From positions 1 to 43,718 of the forward strand of contig CAZIIS010000010.1 in assembly GCA_964539295.1 (NCBI GenBank): a stretch of 43,718 nucleotides of DNA, in the 5' to 3' direction. Below are positions 1 through 8,859 of the stretch, in pieces. Numbering within the stretch: the first letter of the stretch is position 1; each line of letters opens with the position of its first letter. The notes beneath the pieces are model-generated. The model made no database searches, was not told the DNA's origin, and saw only the letters and a program-made list of their open reading frames with translations. Position numbers and translations under genes: made by a program. Source of the DNA: an uncultured Fimbriimonadaceae bacterium. Its GTDB lineage: Bacteria > Armatimonadota > Fimbriimonadia > Fimbriimonadales > Fimbriimonadaceae.

Positions 1-428
1 AGGCGGCGCTCTTTCGGAACCTGCTCCGCCCGGCGGACTTCTTGCCGTCCTGCTACATGCTTGGGGTGGTGGCGATGTTCACCAACGAGCGGGCGCAACG
101 GATCGGCGACCTGGCGGCGGGGACCATCGTAGTTCACGACCCGCGGCCGCAACAACGGTTCGCCGTGGCGCCGCATCGCTACGGGGTGCACCCGCTGGAG
201 AACACGGTGGGCGACCTACGCAAGATGTCGTTGGAGGAGTATTTCGCGATCAAGCGCCTGTGCGACCGGTTTCCGGAGCTACCGCCTTCAGCGCAGGTCC
301 GCAGTTTGGCGGAGGTGTGGGAGCCGTTCGCCAAGTCGCAGGGCATCGAGCCGATACCGAACGTGCACCCGGTGTACCAAATGGAGGCGGTCGTGATGCT
401 CTTCAGCCGGCAGCACAACCTCGTCTGA
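1..428 (+). CDS. RDD-family membrane protein, C-terminal portion (5' end lies upstream of the window)
   Basis: The reading frame is open from the window edge, because the frame-3 codons continue upstream of the first ATG at 42. The motif 'DLAAGTIVV' resembles the RDD-family C-terminal signature. Third-position GC bias is consistent with coding. Confidence 0.4.
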   Translation, partial: AALFRNLLRPADFLPSCYMLGVVAMFTNERAQRIGDLAAGTIVVHDPRPQQRFAVAPHRYGVHPLENTVGDLRKMSLEEYFAIKRLCDRFPELPPSAQVRSLAEVWEPFAKSQGIEPIPNVHPVYQMEAVVMLFSRQHNLV

Positions 429-502
429 GGGGTGTGGAGAGCGGGTGGAAAAAGCGGTTGAAGGGTGTGGAAGCCCGTGCGAAACGGATCGGCGGGGGAA
501 GG

Positions 503-530
503 CGCGTGCGGTTTCGCACCTCGTTTTGCA
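503..530 (+). terminator. weak hairpin plus T-run downstream of the RDD-family gene
   Basis: GTGCG-gttt-CGCAC 5-bp stem followed by CTCGTTTTG. The stem is short, so this is low confidence. Confidence 0.2.
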
Positions 531-686
531 CCGTCCCGGAAACCGGCACGAGATGCGCCGCTCCCGTTCAAATCAGGTTCGGTTGAGGCTCGGTCCGTTG
601 GGTGCTGGAAGGGTTTTCCACCATTGGCCACCCCCTAACAGATACAACAAAGATCTCTTTATTAACTGGCATTTAGAAAACAAGAC

Positions 687-1787
687 GTGGGAAAACCGGT
701 GACGATCGCCAAGTTGGAGCTTCGGCGCTTCCGCAACTTCGCGGAGGCGTCTCTGGAGCCGTCGCCGGGGTTCAACATCGTGGTGGGCCCGAACGCGCAG
801 GGCAAAACGAACCTTCTGGAGAGCATCCATTTAGTCTCCACGGGAAGGCTGCTGAGAGGTTCGCGCGACGTGCAAGCGATTCTGGACGGGGAGAGCGAAG
901 GGCGCGTGGAGGCGGAGGTGGGCGGAACGGCGACGCGCCTGGCCGTGGAACTCAAGCAGGGCGCCCGGAAGAGGGCGCTCTTGAACGGTTTGGCGTTGCC
1001 AAGGGCAGCCGACCTGCTCGGGCGACTGCCAACGGTGTGCTTCACGGCGTCGGACCTTGCCATCGTGCGCGGGGAGCCGGCGGACCGACGTCTCTTCCTC
1101 GACGGCGAGCTCGCGCAGATCTTCCCCGCCTACCTGCGGCACTTGACGGTCTACAAGCGGGCGCTGGAACAGCGTAACGCGGCGCTGAGAGCCTCACAGG
1201 AGCGTCCTCAGCCCGAGGGGGTATTCCTGGCCTACGAAGAGCCGTTGGCGGCCCACGGGGCGGCTCTGAGGCGAATTCGGAGGGATTGGGTGGAGGAGCT
1301 GGCGCGATATGCGGCTGACTGGCATGCTCGACTGGGCGAGGGCGAGCCGTTGGCGCTTCGGTACCAGCCGAAAGACGACGCGGCCGAGCCCGAGGAGTTG
1401 CAGCAGAAACTGGAGGCTTGGCGGTTCGACGACATCCGTCGAGGGGCGACGAGCGTCGGCCCGCACCGCGACGACCTGTTGGTGGAGGTCGGCGGGCGCG
1501 ACGCGCGCTTCTTTGGCTCGCAGGGTCAGCAACGCACGGCGGTGATCGCCTTGAAGATGGCGACGCTCGAAACGGCGAAGCTGGCGTTCGGGTTCGCGCC
1601 GGTGCTGCTTCTGGACGACGTGTTCTCCGATCTGGACTGCGGGCGGCGGGCGAGCTTGGTCGAGACGGCCGTCCACGAGGGCGGCCAGGTGTTCCTGACC
1701 TGCACGGAGGTCGAGCAGGCCGGAGTGGAGTTGGTCGGTCGGTCGAAGGTGTTCCGGGTACGCTCCGGACAGGTGAGCATGGCGTGA
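687..1787 (+). CDS. recF: DNA replication and repair protein RecF
   Basis: GTG start. The N-terminus 'IAKLELRRFRNF...VVGPNAQGKTNLLE' is a Walker A/SMC-like head, and the C-terminal 'LLLDDVFSDLD' is the signature/Walker B region typical of RecF. Length is 366 aa. Confidence 0.9.
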   Translation: MGKPVTIAKLELRRFRNFAEASLEPSPGFNIVVGPNAQGKTNLLESIHLVSTGRLLRGSRDVQAILDGESEGRVEAEVGGTATRLAVELKQGARKRALLNGLALPRAADLLGRLPTVCFTASDLAIVRGEPADRRLFLDGELAQIFPAYLRHLTVYKRALEQRNAALRASQERPQPEGVFLAYEEPLAAHGAALRRIRRDWVEELARYAADWHARLGEGEPLALRYQPKDDAAEPEELQQKLEAWRFDDIRRGATSVGPHRDDLLVEVGGRDARFFGSQGQQRTAVIALKMATLETAKLAFGFAPVLLLDDVFSDLDCGRRASLVETAVHEGGQVFLTCTEVEQAGVELVGRSKVFRVRSGQVSMA

Positions 1788-2104
1788 GTCGGTTTCGAGA
1801 CGTCAAGCGGATCACCGACTTCCTGCCGTCGGCGTTGAGGCGGCCCGAGGTGTTGCGCATGGCGCGCGCGCAGCGTGCGATGCGGCACTGGGAGGAGGTG
1901 GTCGGGCCGCTGCTTTCGGAACGCTCCGTTCCGGAGCGGTATCAAGAGGGGACGCTTTGGGTGGCGGCCAAGGGGCCGGCGTGGGCGCAGGAGCTTCGCA
2001 TGCGCAAGGACCAGGTGCTGCAGCGACTCAACGAGATCGCGGCCGAGCAGGGGCTGTTTCAGGACATGCGGGTGGGCGTCCGCCCTCCGAGGTCGAAGCC
2101 GTAG
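1784..2104 (+). CDS. DUF721 (DciA-like) protein commonly encoded directly after recF
   Basis: A GTG start overlaps the recF stop (GTGA). 'WEEVVG...GTLWVAAKGPAWAQELRMRKDQVLQRLNE' matches the conserved DUF721 core. The alternative ATG at 1859 would give a shorter product. Confidence 0.65.
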   Translation: MSRFRDVKRITDFLPSALRRPEVLRMARAQRAMRHWEEVVGPLLSERSVPERYQEGTLWVAAKGPAWAQELRMRKDQVLQRLNEIAAEQGLFQDMRVGVRPPRSKP

Positions 2105-2113
2105 GTTGCCGCC

Positions 2114-3475
2114 ATGCGCAAGGAGCTCGAGGGCCGGCCGGTGGTGGTTGCGTTCTTGGGCTTGTGCTTGGGGCTCAGTTGCGGATACGTTCTGTGGCAT
2201 CTGGCGTCGATCCTCGGCCTTTTCCTCCTTCATTCGAAACGCGCGCGCCGGGTCTATCTGGCGGCGTTCGCGTTTGGGTTCCTGCTTAGGCCGACAACGC
2301 CGGCGTCTCCGGTTCTGGAGCCCGGATACTACGTGGGCCCGGCCTCCGTTCTGACCGTTCCTCGGGACTCGAAGCTGGGGATGCATGCGTTGGTGGAGGC
2401 GCGGGGCGCCCGGTACGTGCTGCTTCTGCCCAAGGACAGCGCCATCACCATGGGCGACCAGTTGGAGCTGGAGGCGGTGGTGCAACCGCTCCACGAGGGG
2501 TCGGCCCCGGAGGGCGGGGCGATCGCGCGCATGAGGCCCGTCAAGGAGCCCGTGATGACCCGGGTGGCCACCGGGCCATGGCGGCTGGGACAGCGGGTTC
2601 GACAGAGCTTCGTGGCGTTCGTGAGTCGCTTCGCGGCGCCCTTGCCCGCGTCGGCCATCGACTCCCTGTGCCTGAACGCGACCGGCGATACGCCGCAGGA
2701 GTTCTGGGGGGCGCTTCGCCGTACGGGGACGACGCACATCATGTCGGCCGGCGGGATGCACGTGCTGTTCACCGTGTGGCTGCTGGCGGCGCTCTTGATG
2801 CTGGCGCCTGCGCCCAGGTGGTGCCGGTTGGGGCTGCTTATCCTGGGCCTGCTGGTGTACGCGGGGGCCGCGGGCTTCCAGGCCCCGATCGTGCGAGCCG
2901 TGATCATGGCCTCGGTGGCGATGGTGGCGTACCTGTTCCGGCGGGAGGCCGACGGGCTCTCGACGGTGTGCCTTGCCGGGGTGGTCACATTAGTTTGGAA
3001 CCCTTACGATCTAGGCGACCTTGGCTTCCAGCTTTCCTATCTGTCGGTACTGGCGCTGCTTCTGTTCATGGGGCCGGTGCGGGGTGCGGTTGAGGGCTCG
3101 CTGAAGGTGCGGTTGCGACAGGCGGCGCGGTGCAGTCTGATCTGCGCGGTGGCGACGGCCCCTCTGGTGGCGTGGGCGTTCGGCGAGGTGTCGTTGATCT
3201 CGGTGTTCTCGAACCTGGTGATCCTGCCGATTGTGCCGGTGGTGGTGGTCGGAGCGTTGGGGGCGTGGCTTGTTGGGTTGGCGGCGCCCGTGATGGGGGT
3301 TGGGTTGCTCAAGGTCGTGGTGGAGCCGCTTGCGTCGTTCCTGGTGTGGAGCATCGGATGGATGGGCGATTGGCCGGCGTCCACCGTCCAGGTACCCGCC
3401 TTCTCGGCTTACTGGTTGGCGCCGATCTACCTGCTGATGCTGCTTGGGTGGAGGCCGCGTGTCCGGCCGGCTTAA
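2114..3475 (+). CDS. comEC: ComEC/Rec2 DNA internalization channel, N-terminal polytopic membrane (competence-domain) portion
   Basis: Multiple hydrophobic helices and the conserved 'HIMSAGGMHV' competence-domain motif. The ORF ends at 3475 in a different frame from the downstream MBL domain. Confidence 0.75.
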   Translation: MRKELEGRPVVVAFLGLCLGLSCGYVLWHLASILGLFLLHSKRARRVYLAAFAFGFLLRPTTPASPVLEPGYYVGPASVLTVPRDSKLGMHALVEARGARYVLLLPKDSAITMGDQLELEAVVQPLHEGSAPEGGAIARMRPVKEPVMTRVATGPWRLGQRVRQSFVAFVSRFAAPLPASAIDSLCLNATGDTPQEFWGALRRTGTTHIMSAGGMHVLFTVWLLAALLMLAPAPRWCRLGLLILGLLVYAGAAGFQAPIVRAVIMASVAMVAYLFRREADGLSTVCLAGVVTLVWNPYDLGDLGFQLSYLSVLALLLFMGPVRGAVEGSLKVRLRQAARCSLICAVATAPLVAWAFGEVSLISVFSNLVILPIVPVVVVGALGAWLVGLAAPVMGVGLLKVVVEPLASFLVWSIGWMGDWPASTVQVPAFSAYWLAPIYLLMLLGWRPRVRPA

Positions 3476-4301
3476 GGCGTCGTTGGCGGTCGCCGCCGCG
3501 CTGGGGCTCGGCGTGCTGGTCGATTGGAGCTGGACTCCGCGGGGCACTTCCCTGACCTTCCTGTCGGTCGGCCAGGGCGACTGCGCCGTGTTGCAGCACG
3601 ACGGCTGGGTGGCGATGATCGACGCGGGGCCGAGGACCGAGTGGTTCGACGGAGGGGAGCGGCTGGTGGCGCCGGGGATGAGGCGGCTGGGTGTGCGCAA
3701 GGTGGACCTGGTGGTGCTCTCGCATCCAGACGGAGACCATATCGGCGGGCTCAGGGCGGTGGCGCGGCGTTGGCCGGTCGGCAAGGTATGCGTGCCGGCG
3801 CGGTTTCGGGACCACCAAGGGCTGCAGGAGGAGCTGCGACGGTGCGGTTTCCGTCGAGAGCAGTTGGTCTGGGTGTCGGGAAGGACGCACGCCAAGCTGG
3901 GGCGGTTCTGGCTGGAGATGGAGGCGCCGCAAGGGACCGAGGGGATGGGGGACAACGACGGCTCGATGTTCTGCCGAGTGAACGGGATGGGCTGCCGGGC
4001 GGTCTTCAGTGGCGACGCCGGGCCCGAGGTGGAGAAGCGGATGTCCGAGTCGGGGGAGTGGCGCGCAGAGGTGTTGAAGGCCGGGCACCACGGAAGCGGG
4101 AACGCCACGAGCGCCGGGTGGTTGCGGGAGGTGAACCCGCGTTACGTTGTGGTCAGCGTGGGTCGCGCGAACATGTACGGTCACCCGAGCAGCCGCACGT
4201 TGGGGCGAATCGCCGGGGCGAAGGCGGAGGCGCTACGAACAGACCGGGCCGGGACCATTCGGTTCCGACCCGGCAAGAGCGGCTTCGAGCCGGAGCGCTA
4301 A
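3444..4301 (+). CDS. comEC: ComEC C-terminal metallo-beta-lactamase-fold domain, encoded as a separate frame-shifted ORF
   Basis: 'HPDGDHIGG' and 'AGHHGS' MBL metal-binding motifs, with an N-terminal TM helix. Starts are only possible at TTG 3444 or GTG 3459 because a stop occupies 3435-3437 in this frame. The ORF overlaps the upstream ORF by 32 nt. Confidence 0.65.
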   Translation: MGGGRVSGRLKASLAVAAALGLGVLVDWSWTPRGTSLTFLSVGQGDCAVLQHDGWVAMIDAGPRTEWFDGGERLVAPGMRRLGVRKVDLVVLSHPDGDHIGGLRAVARRWPVGKVCVPARFRDHQGLQEELRRCGFRREQLVWVSGRTHAKLGRFWLEMEAPQGTEGMGDNDGSMFCRVNGMGCRAVFSGDAGPEVEKRMSESGEWRAEVLKAGHHGSGNATSAGWLREVNPRYVVVSVGRANMYGHPSSRTLGRIAGAKAEALRTDRAGTIRFRPGKSGFEPER

Positions 4302-6916
4302 CCTCCGAAGAGCTTCATGCGCGCCCGAAGCTTCTCCATGAGCTGCGTGAGCTCGGCAGCGTCGGTGCGGGCCTTCTCGACCGCCTCGGGCTTGGCGTTC
4401 TGGACGAACATCGGGTTCTCCAGTTGCCTGTTCACGCGCTCGAGGTCCGCGCCGAGCTTCTCGGCCTGCTTCTGAAGGCGGGCGAGCTCTTTGGCGGGGT
4501 CCACGAGGCCCTGGGTGGGGAGGTGCAGGTCGACGCCGCCAACGGTGGCGGAGACGGAGACGCCCTCGGGCTTGCCGGGTTGGAGCTTCTCGAACCAGGC
4601 CTGAGTCCGGACCACCTCTTCGCCGCCGCGCAGGTCGCCTTCGTAGGTGGCCAGAGGGGCCTCCTTGAGGGCGGCAAGGCCGAGCTCGGCACGCAGCGCG
4701 CGCAGGGCGCGGGTCGCCTCGAGCCAGGATTCGACGAGCGCCTCGGCCTCGGGGTCGAGCAGCGACTCGGGGGTCTCGTCCCAGCAGGAGGCCATGAGGT
4801 ACGGCGCGCGGTCCTGGACGGGCAGCACGGAGTAGATCTCCTCGGTGATGTGCGGCATGATCGGGTGCAGCATCTTGAGGAACGACTCCAGGCACCGCAC
4901 GAGCACCCACTGCGGCACGGCGCGGCGCGCCGGGTCGGCCAAGCGGCCCTTCGAGATCTCGATGTACCAGTCGCAGTACTCGGACCAGAAGAACTGGTGG
5001 AGCGCCTGGGCGGCGGCCTGCATGTCGTACCCCTCGTAGCCGCCACGCACGATGCGTTCGGTGCGAACGAGCCGGCTGAGGAGCCAGCGGTCGATCGGTT
5101 CGAAGGCGTCGTCCGCGGGTTTCTGGCCATCGTAGCCGTCCAGGTTCATGAGCACGAAGCGGGCGGCGTTCCAGATCTTGTTGCAGAAGTTGCGCGAGTC
5201 CTCGGTGCGTCGCTCCGAGTACCGGATGTCCTGGTTGGCGCCGGTTTGGCTAAGCAGGGTGAAGCGGAGGGCGTCGGCGCCCTTGGTCTCGATGACGCCG
5301 ATCGGGTCGACGCCGGTGCCGAGGCTCTTGCTCATGCGCTTGCCGTCCTGGGTGAGCACGGTGGCGTAGATGTAGACCTCGTGGAACGGCTCCTTGTGCA
5401 GGAAGTCCATCCCCATCATGATCATGCGGGCGACCCAGAGGTAGATGATGTTCCGGTCGGTGACGAGCACGCTGGTGGGGTAGCGCTTCGCGAGGTCGGC
5501 GCTGTCGCCGGGCCATCCGAGCGTGGCGAACGGCCAAAGGCCGCTGCTGAACCAGGTGTCGAGTACGTCGTCGTCCTGGCGGACGATCTCGTTGTCGCCG
5601 GCCTTGCGCTGCGCTTCTTCCCAATCGAGGGCGGCGTAGGGGGTTCCCTGCTCGTCGTAGTAGACCGGGATCCGGTGTCCCCACCAGAGCTGGCGGCTGA
5701 TACACCAGTCGCGGATGTTCTCCATCCAGTCGAGGTAGATGTCCTGATAGCGCTCGGGGAAGAAGCGCACCTTGCCCTCTTTGACGACGCGGATCGCCTC
5801 GGGGGCGAGCTTGGTCTGGCTGACAAACCACTGCTCGCTGAGAAGCGGTTCGACCACCTCCTTGCTTCGGTCACTGACGAGGATGGCGATCTCGTACGGC
5901 TCGTCCTTGACGTAGTAGCCCTGTTCCTGCAGGTCGGCGACGACGCGCTTGCGCGCCTCGTTGCGGTCGAGGCCCGCGTAGGGTCCGCCCAGTTCGGTGA
6001 CGTGGGCGCGCTCGTCGAACAGGACCGGCATCGGCAGGTCATGGCGCCGCCCGACCTCGTAGTCGTTGGCGTCGTGCGCGGGGGTGATCTTGACGGCGCC
6101 GGTACCGAAGGCGGGGTCGGGGTAGAGGTCGGCGATGAGCGGGATCTCCCGGTTCATCAGCGGCAGGCGCAGCGGCTTGCCGACGAGCCCTTTGTAGCGT
6201 TCGTCGGCCGGGTTTACGGCGACGGCCACGTCGGCGAGCATGGTCTCCGGGCGGGTGGTGGCGATGGTGATGCTACCGGAGCCGTCGGTGAACGGGTAGC
6301 GGATGTAGTAGAGCTTGCCCTTGACGGTCTTGCGCTCGGTTTCGATGTCAGAAACGCTGGTGCGCAGCACGGGGTCCCAGTTCACCACGCGCTTGCCGCG
6401 GTAGATGAGCCCGCGTTCGAACCAGTCGATGAAAACCTTCAGGACGGCCTGGTGGTAGCCCTCGTCGAGGGTGAAACGAAGGCGGTCCCAATCGAAGGCG
6501 CAACCGAGCGAGCGGAGCTGGTTCAGGATGGTGTTGCCGCTCTCCTCGCGCCACTCCCACACCCGTTCGATGAACTTCTCGCGGCCGATCTTGGCGGCGC
6601 TGGAGCCCTCCTTGCGCAACTGCTTATCGACGACGCTCTGGGTGGCGATGCCGGCGTGGTCCTGGCCGGGGAGCACGAGCACGTTGTAGCCGCGCATGCG
6701 GCGGTAGCGGCCGAGGGCGTCCTGGATCGGGTAGCAGAGGGCGTGGCCCATGTGGAGCGAGCCGGTGATGTTCGGCGGCGGGATGGTGATGGTGTAGAGC
6801 GGCTTGTCCGAGCCGTCTTCGGGCTTGAAGAGGCCGGCTTCGCTCCAGGCCTGGTACCACTTGGACTCGACGAGCGACGCGTCGTAACGCGTGGAGAGGG
6901 AGGGTTCGCTGGGCAT
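4298..6916 (-). CDS. valS: Valine--tRNA ligase
   Basis: 872 aa. It carries the 'PPPNITGSLHMGHA' HIGH region, the 'KMSKSLGT' KMSKS motif and a C-terminal coiled-coil. Its stop is convergent with, and overlaps, the stop of the comEC MBL ORF. Confidence 0.95.
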   Translation of the reverse strand: MPSEPSLSTRYDASLVESKWYQAWSEAGLFKPEDGSDKPLYTITIPPPNITGSLHMGHALCYPIQDALGRYRRMRGYNVLVLPGQDHAGIATQSVVDKQLRKEGSSAAKIGREKFIERVWEWREESGNTILNQLRSLGCAFDWDRLRFTLDEGYHQAVLKVFIDWFERGLIYRGKRVVNWDPVLRTSVSDIETERKTVKGKLYYIRYPFTDGSGSITIATTRPETMLADVAVAVNPADERYKGLVGKPLRLPLMNREIPLIADLYPDPAFGTGAVKITPAHDANDYEVGRRHDLPMPVLFDERAHVTELGGPYAGLDRNEARKRVVADLQEQGYYVKDEPYEIAILVSDRSKEVVEPLLSEQWFVSQTKLAPEAIRVVKEGKVRFFPERYQDIYLDWMENIRDWCISRQLWWGHRIPVYYDEQGTPYAALDWEEAQRKAGDNEIVRQDDDVLDTWFSSGLWPFATLGWPGDSADLAKRYPTSVLVTDRNIIYLWVARMIMMGMDFLHKEPFHEVYIYATVLTQDGKRMSKSLGTGVDPIGVIETKGADALRFTLLSQTGANQDIRYSERRTEDSRNFCNKIWNAARFVLMNLDGYDGQKPADDAFEPIDRWLLSRLVRTERIVRGGYEGYDMQAAAQALHQFFWSEYCDWYIEISKGRLADPARRAVPQWVLVRCLESFLKMLHPIMPHITEEIYSVLPVQDRAPYLMASCWDETPESLLDPEAEALVESWLEATRALRALRAELGLAALKEAPLATYEGDLRGGEEVVRTQAWFEKLQPGKPEGVSVSATVGGVDLHLPTQGLVDPAKELARLQKQAEKLGADLERVNRQLENPMFVQNAKPEAVEKARTDAAELTQLMEKLRARMKLFGG

Positions 6917-6961
6917 GTTGTGCCTTTCCTGTCGTGAAAGTGACTCCGAGTGTACCCAGGG

Positions 6962-7017
6962 GGTGTTTCACGTGAAACGTCGGTCCCCGGGCCCGCCGGA
7001 GGTGTTTCACGTGAAAC
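6962..7017. promoter_or_regulatory. Two direct copies of GGTGTTTCACGTGAAAC, each containing the perfect palindrome GTTTCACGTGAAAC; candidate operator pair upstream of valS
   Basis: Copies lie at 6962-6978 and 7001-7017, 39 bp apart, in the 108-bp gap between the ABC ATPase stop and the valS start. A related half-site GTGAAAG lies at 6935-6941. Confidence 0.4.
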
Positions 7018-7024
7018 AAACGGG

Positions 7025-7999
7025 TCACGCGTGGGTGAACAGGTCGCGCACCACCTCGTCTACGGAGACCGACTCCACGGCGATGTCCACCACGTCGAAG
7101 CGGCGCAGGATCTCGCCGGTGACGGCGGCGGTTTTCGCGGCGGGCACCGCCAGCACCACGCTTCGCTCCTCGCCGGAGATCACCTGGCCGAACCGGGCGA
7201 GGTCGGGCGCTGGGCTCTCCGGGGAGAAGGTGAGCCTCAACCGCCGGGTGTCCGCGTAGCGCCGCGTGAGCTGATCCAGCGTGCCGTCGAACACCATCGC
7301 GCCGTGGTCGATCACCACCACCCGCTCGCACAGCTCCTGCACGTCCTGCATGTAGTGGCTGGTAAGCACGATCGTGCACTTATCCGTTTGGTTAAGCTCG
7401 CGCAGGAAGTCCCGGATCCGCTTCTGGCTCACCACGTCTAACCCAATGGTTGGTTCGTCCAGAAACACCACCCGCGGGGCGTAGAGCAGCGCCGCCACCA
7501 ACTCGCACTTCATCCGCTCCCCCAGGCTGAGCCGCCTTACCTGCGTGTTCACCTTGTCCGTGAGGTCGAGCGCCTCGAGCAGGTAGTCCGTGCGCTGCTT
7601 GAAGGCGCGGGAGTCGACGTCGTACAGCTCCCGCAGCACAACGAAGCTGTCCCAGGCCGGCAGGTCCCACCAAAGCTGTTGCTTGTTGCCCATGACGAGG
7701 GCGATCTGGCGCAGCATGTCGTAGTCCCGCCGAAACGGCACGTAACCCAGCACGCGCGCCTGGCCCGAGGTGGGGTGGAGGATGCCGGTGAGCATCTTGA
7801 GCGTGGTGGTCTTCCCCGCTCCGTTCGGGCCCAGGAACCCGACGATCTCCCCCTGCGCCACGTCGAGCGTGATCCCCTTGACCGCCTCGAGTTCCACCTT
7901 TTGGCGGGTGAACAGCCCCCGGATCGACCCGGCTACGCCCGGCTCCTTCCGGTTGGAGACGTAGACTTTGCGCAGGTTGCGGGCCTCGATGGCGGGCAT
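7025..7999 (-). CDS. ABC transporter ATP-binding protein (ABC-2/NatA-like with C-terminal extension); no adjacent permease
   Basis: Walker A 'GPNGAGKTT', ABC signature 'LSLGERMK' and Walker B 'VVFLDEPT'. Length is 324 aa. Confidence 0.85.
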   Translation of the reverse strand: MPAIEARNLRKVYVSNRKEPGVAGSIRGLFTRQKVELEAVKGITLDVAQGEIVGFLGPNGAGKTTTLKMLTGILHPTSGQARVLGYVPFRRDYDMLRQIALVMGNKQQLWWDLPAWDSFVVLRELYDVDSRAFKQRTDYLLEALDLTDKVNTQVRRLSLGERMKCELVAALLYAPRVVFLDEPTIGLDVVSQKRIRDFLRELNQTDKCTIVLTSHYMQDVQELCERVVVIDHGAMVFDGTLDQLTRRYADTRRLRLTFSPESPAPDLARFGQVISGEERSVVLAVPAAKTAAVTGEILRRFDVVDIAVESVSVDEVVRDLFTHA

Positions 8000-8023
8000 G
8001 CCAAGAAGGATACCGTGGGGAGG

Positions 8024-8851
8024 CTAACGGGGCGTGTGGTGGAAGAGGCCCGGCACGAGCGCCCAGAGGGCGATCGCCACCGGGATGGCGGATAGGAAGA
8101 ACGAGTCGAGCCGGTCTAGAATGCCGCCGTGGCCGGGAAGGATCCAGCCCGAATCCTTGGCGCCCACGGAGCGCTTGAGGGCGCTCTGGAGCAGGTCGCC
8201 CAACTGCCCGAGCACGCCGGCAAGCAGACCGGCGACGACGCCCGCGCCGACCGGCACGCCCAGCAGGAGGCCGAAGCCGACGGCGGCGGCAATGCAGCCC
8301 AGCGCGTTGGCAACGGCGCCCTCCCAGGTCTTCTTCGGGGAGACGTGCGGCGCCAACTGGTGCCGGCCGAACGCCTTGCCGACGAAGTAGGCGGCCGAGT
8401 CGCCCACCCACAGCGGGAAGAAGAGCAGGATCACCGGGTTCAGGTCAAAAAGGACGGAGCGGTCGGCGGTCCAGCTCTGCACGAAGAGCGCGCACAGCAG
8501 CGGCGCCAACACCCAACACTTGGCGCCGAAGCGCCACACCTGGCTGGCCGAGTGGCGGGAGACGGCGAAGACGCTGAACACCCCGTAAAGGGAGAGGGCC
8601 CCGAGCGCGGCGAAGGCCGGCCCCTGCGTGCAACGGTGCATCAACACCGCGTACGACATCAGGATTGCAAGTACCGTTAGAAACACAAGCTGCCCAAACA
8701 CGTGCCGGGTCATCTTGAGGTCGGCCATCTCGCCCAGACTCAGGGAGAGGATGATAACGAGGGTGATCGCCAGCGGCCACGGTGAGGTGGAGAGCAACAC
8801 CGCACACGCAATCGGCAGGATTGCCAGAGCCGTCACGATCCGCTTGAACAT
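8024..8851 (-). CDS. cdsA: Phosphatidate cytidylyltransferase
   Basis: Polytopic membrane protein with the CdsA signature motifs 'SPKKTWEG' and 'GHGGILDRLDS'. Confidence 0.85.
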   Translation of the reverse strand: MFKRIVTALAILPIACAVLLSTSPWPLAITLVIILSLSLGEMADLKMTRHVFGQLVFLTVLAILMSYAVLMHRCTQGPAFAALGALSLYGVFSVFAVSRHSASQVWRFGAKCWVLAPLLCALFVQSWTADRSVLFDLNPVILLFFPLWVGDSAAYFVGKAFGRHQLAPHVSPKKTWEGAVANALGCIAAAVGFGLLLGVPVGAGVVAGLLAGVLGQLGDLLQSALKRSVGAKDSGWILPGHGGILDRLDSFFLSAIPVAIALWALVPGLFHHTPR

Positions 8852-8859
8852 AGGCGCGC

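Noticed and set aside
429-686. Chromosomal origin (oriC) next to recF
   Set aside because: dnaA and dnaN are not adjacent, recF is preceded by an RDD-family gene, and no TTATCCACA-like DnaA boxes were seen. The AT-richer stretch at 600-690 is more simply the recF promoter.
1042-2761. Long - strand ORFs (1042-1860, 1526-2761) overlapping recF, DUF721 and comEC
   Set aside because: Arg/Pro-rich antisense artefacts. The + strand genes carry clear family motifs.
3524-6937. 1137-aa ORF on the + strand, and 4233-4910 and 4432-5130 on the - strand
   Set aside because: The + strand ORF is antisense to valS. valS is unambiguous on the opposite strand, with HIGH and KMSKS motifs. The translations are low-complexity Arg/Gly/Ala-rich, which is typical of stop-poor antisense frames in DNA of about 68% GC.
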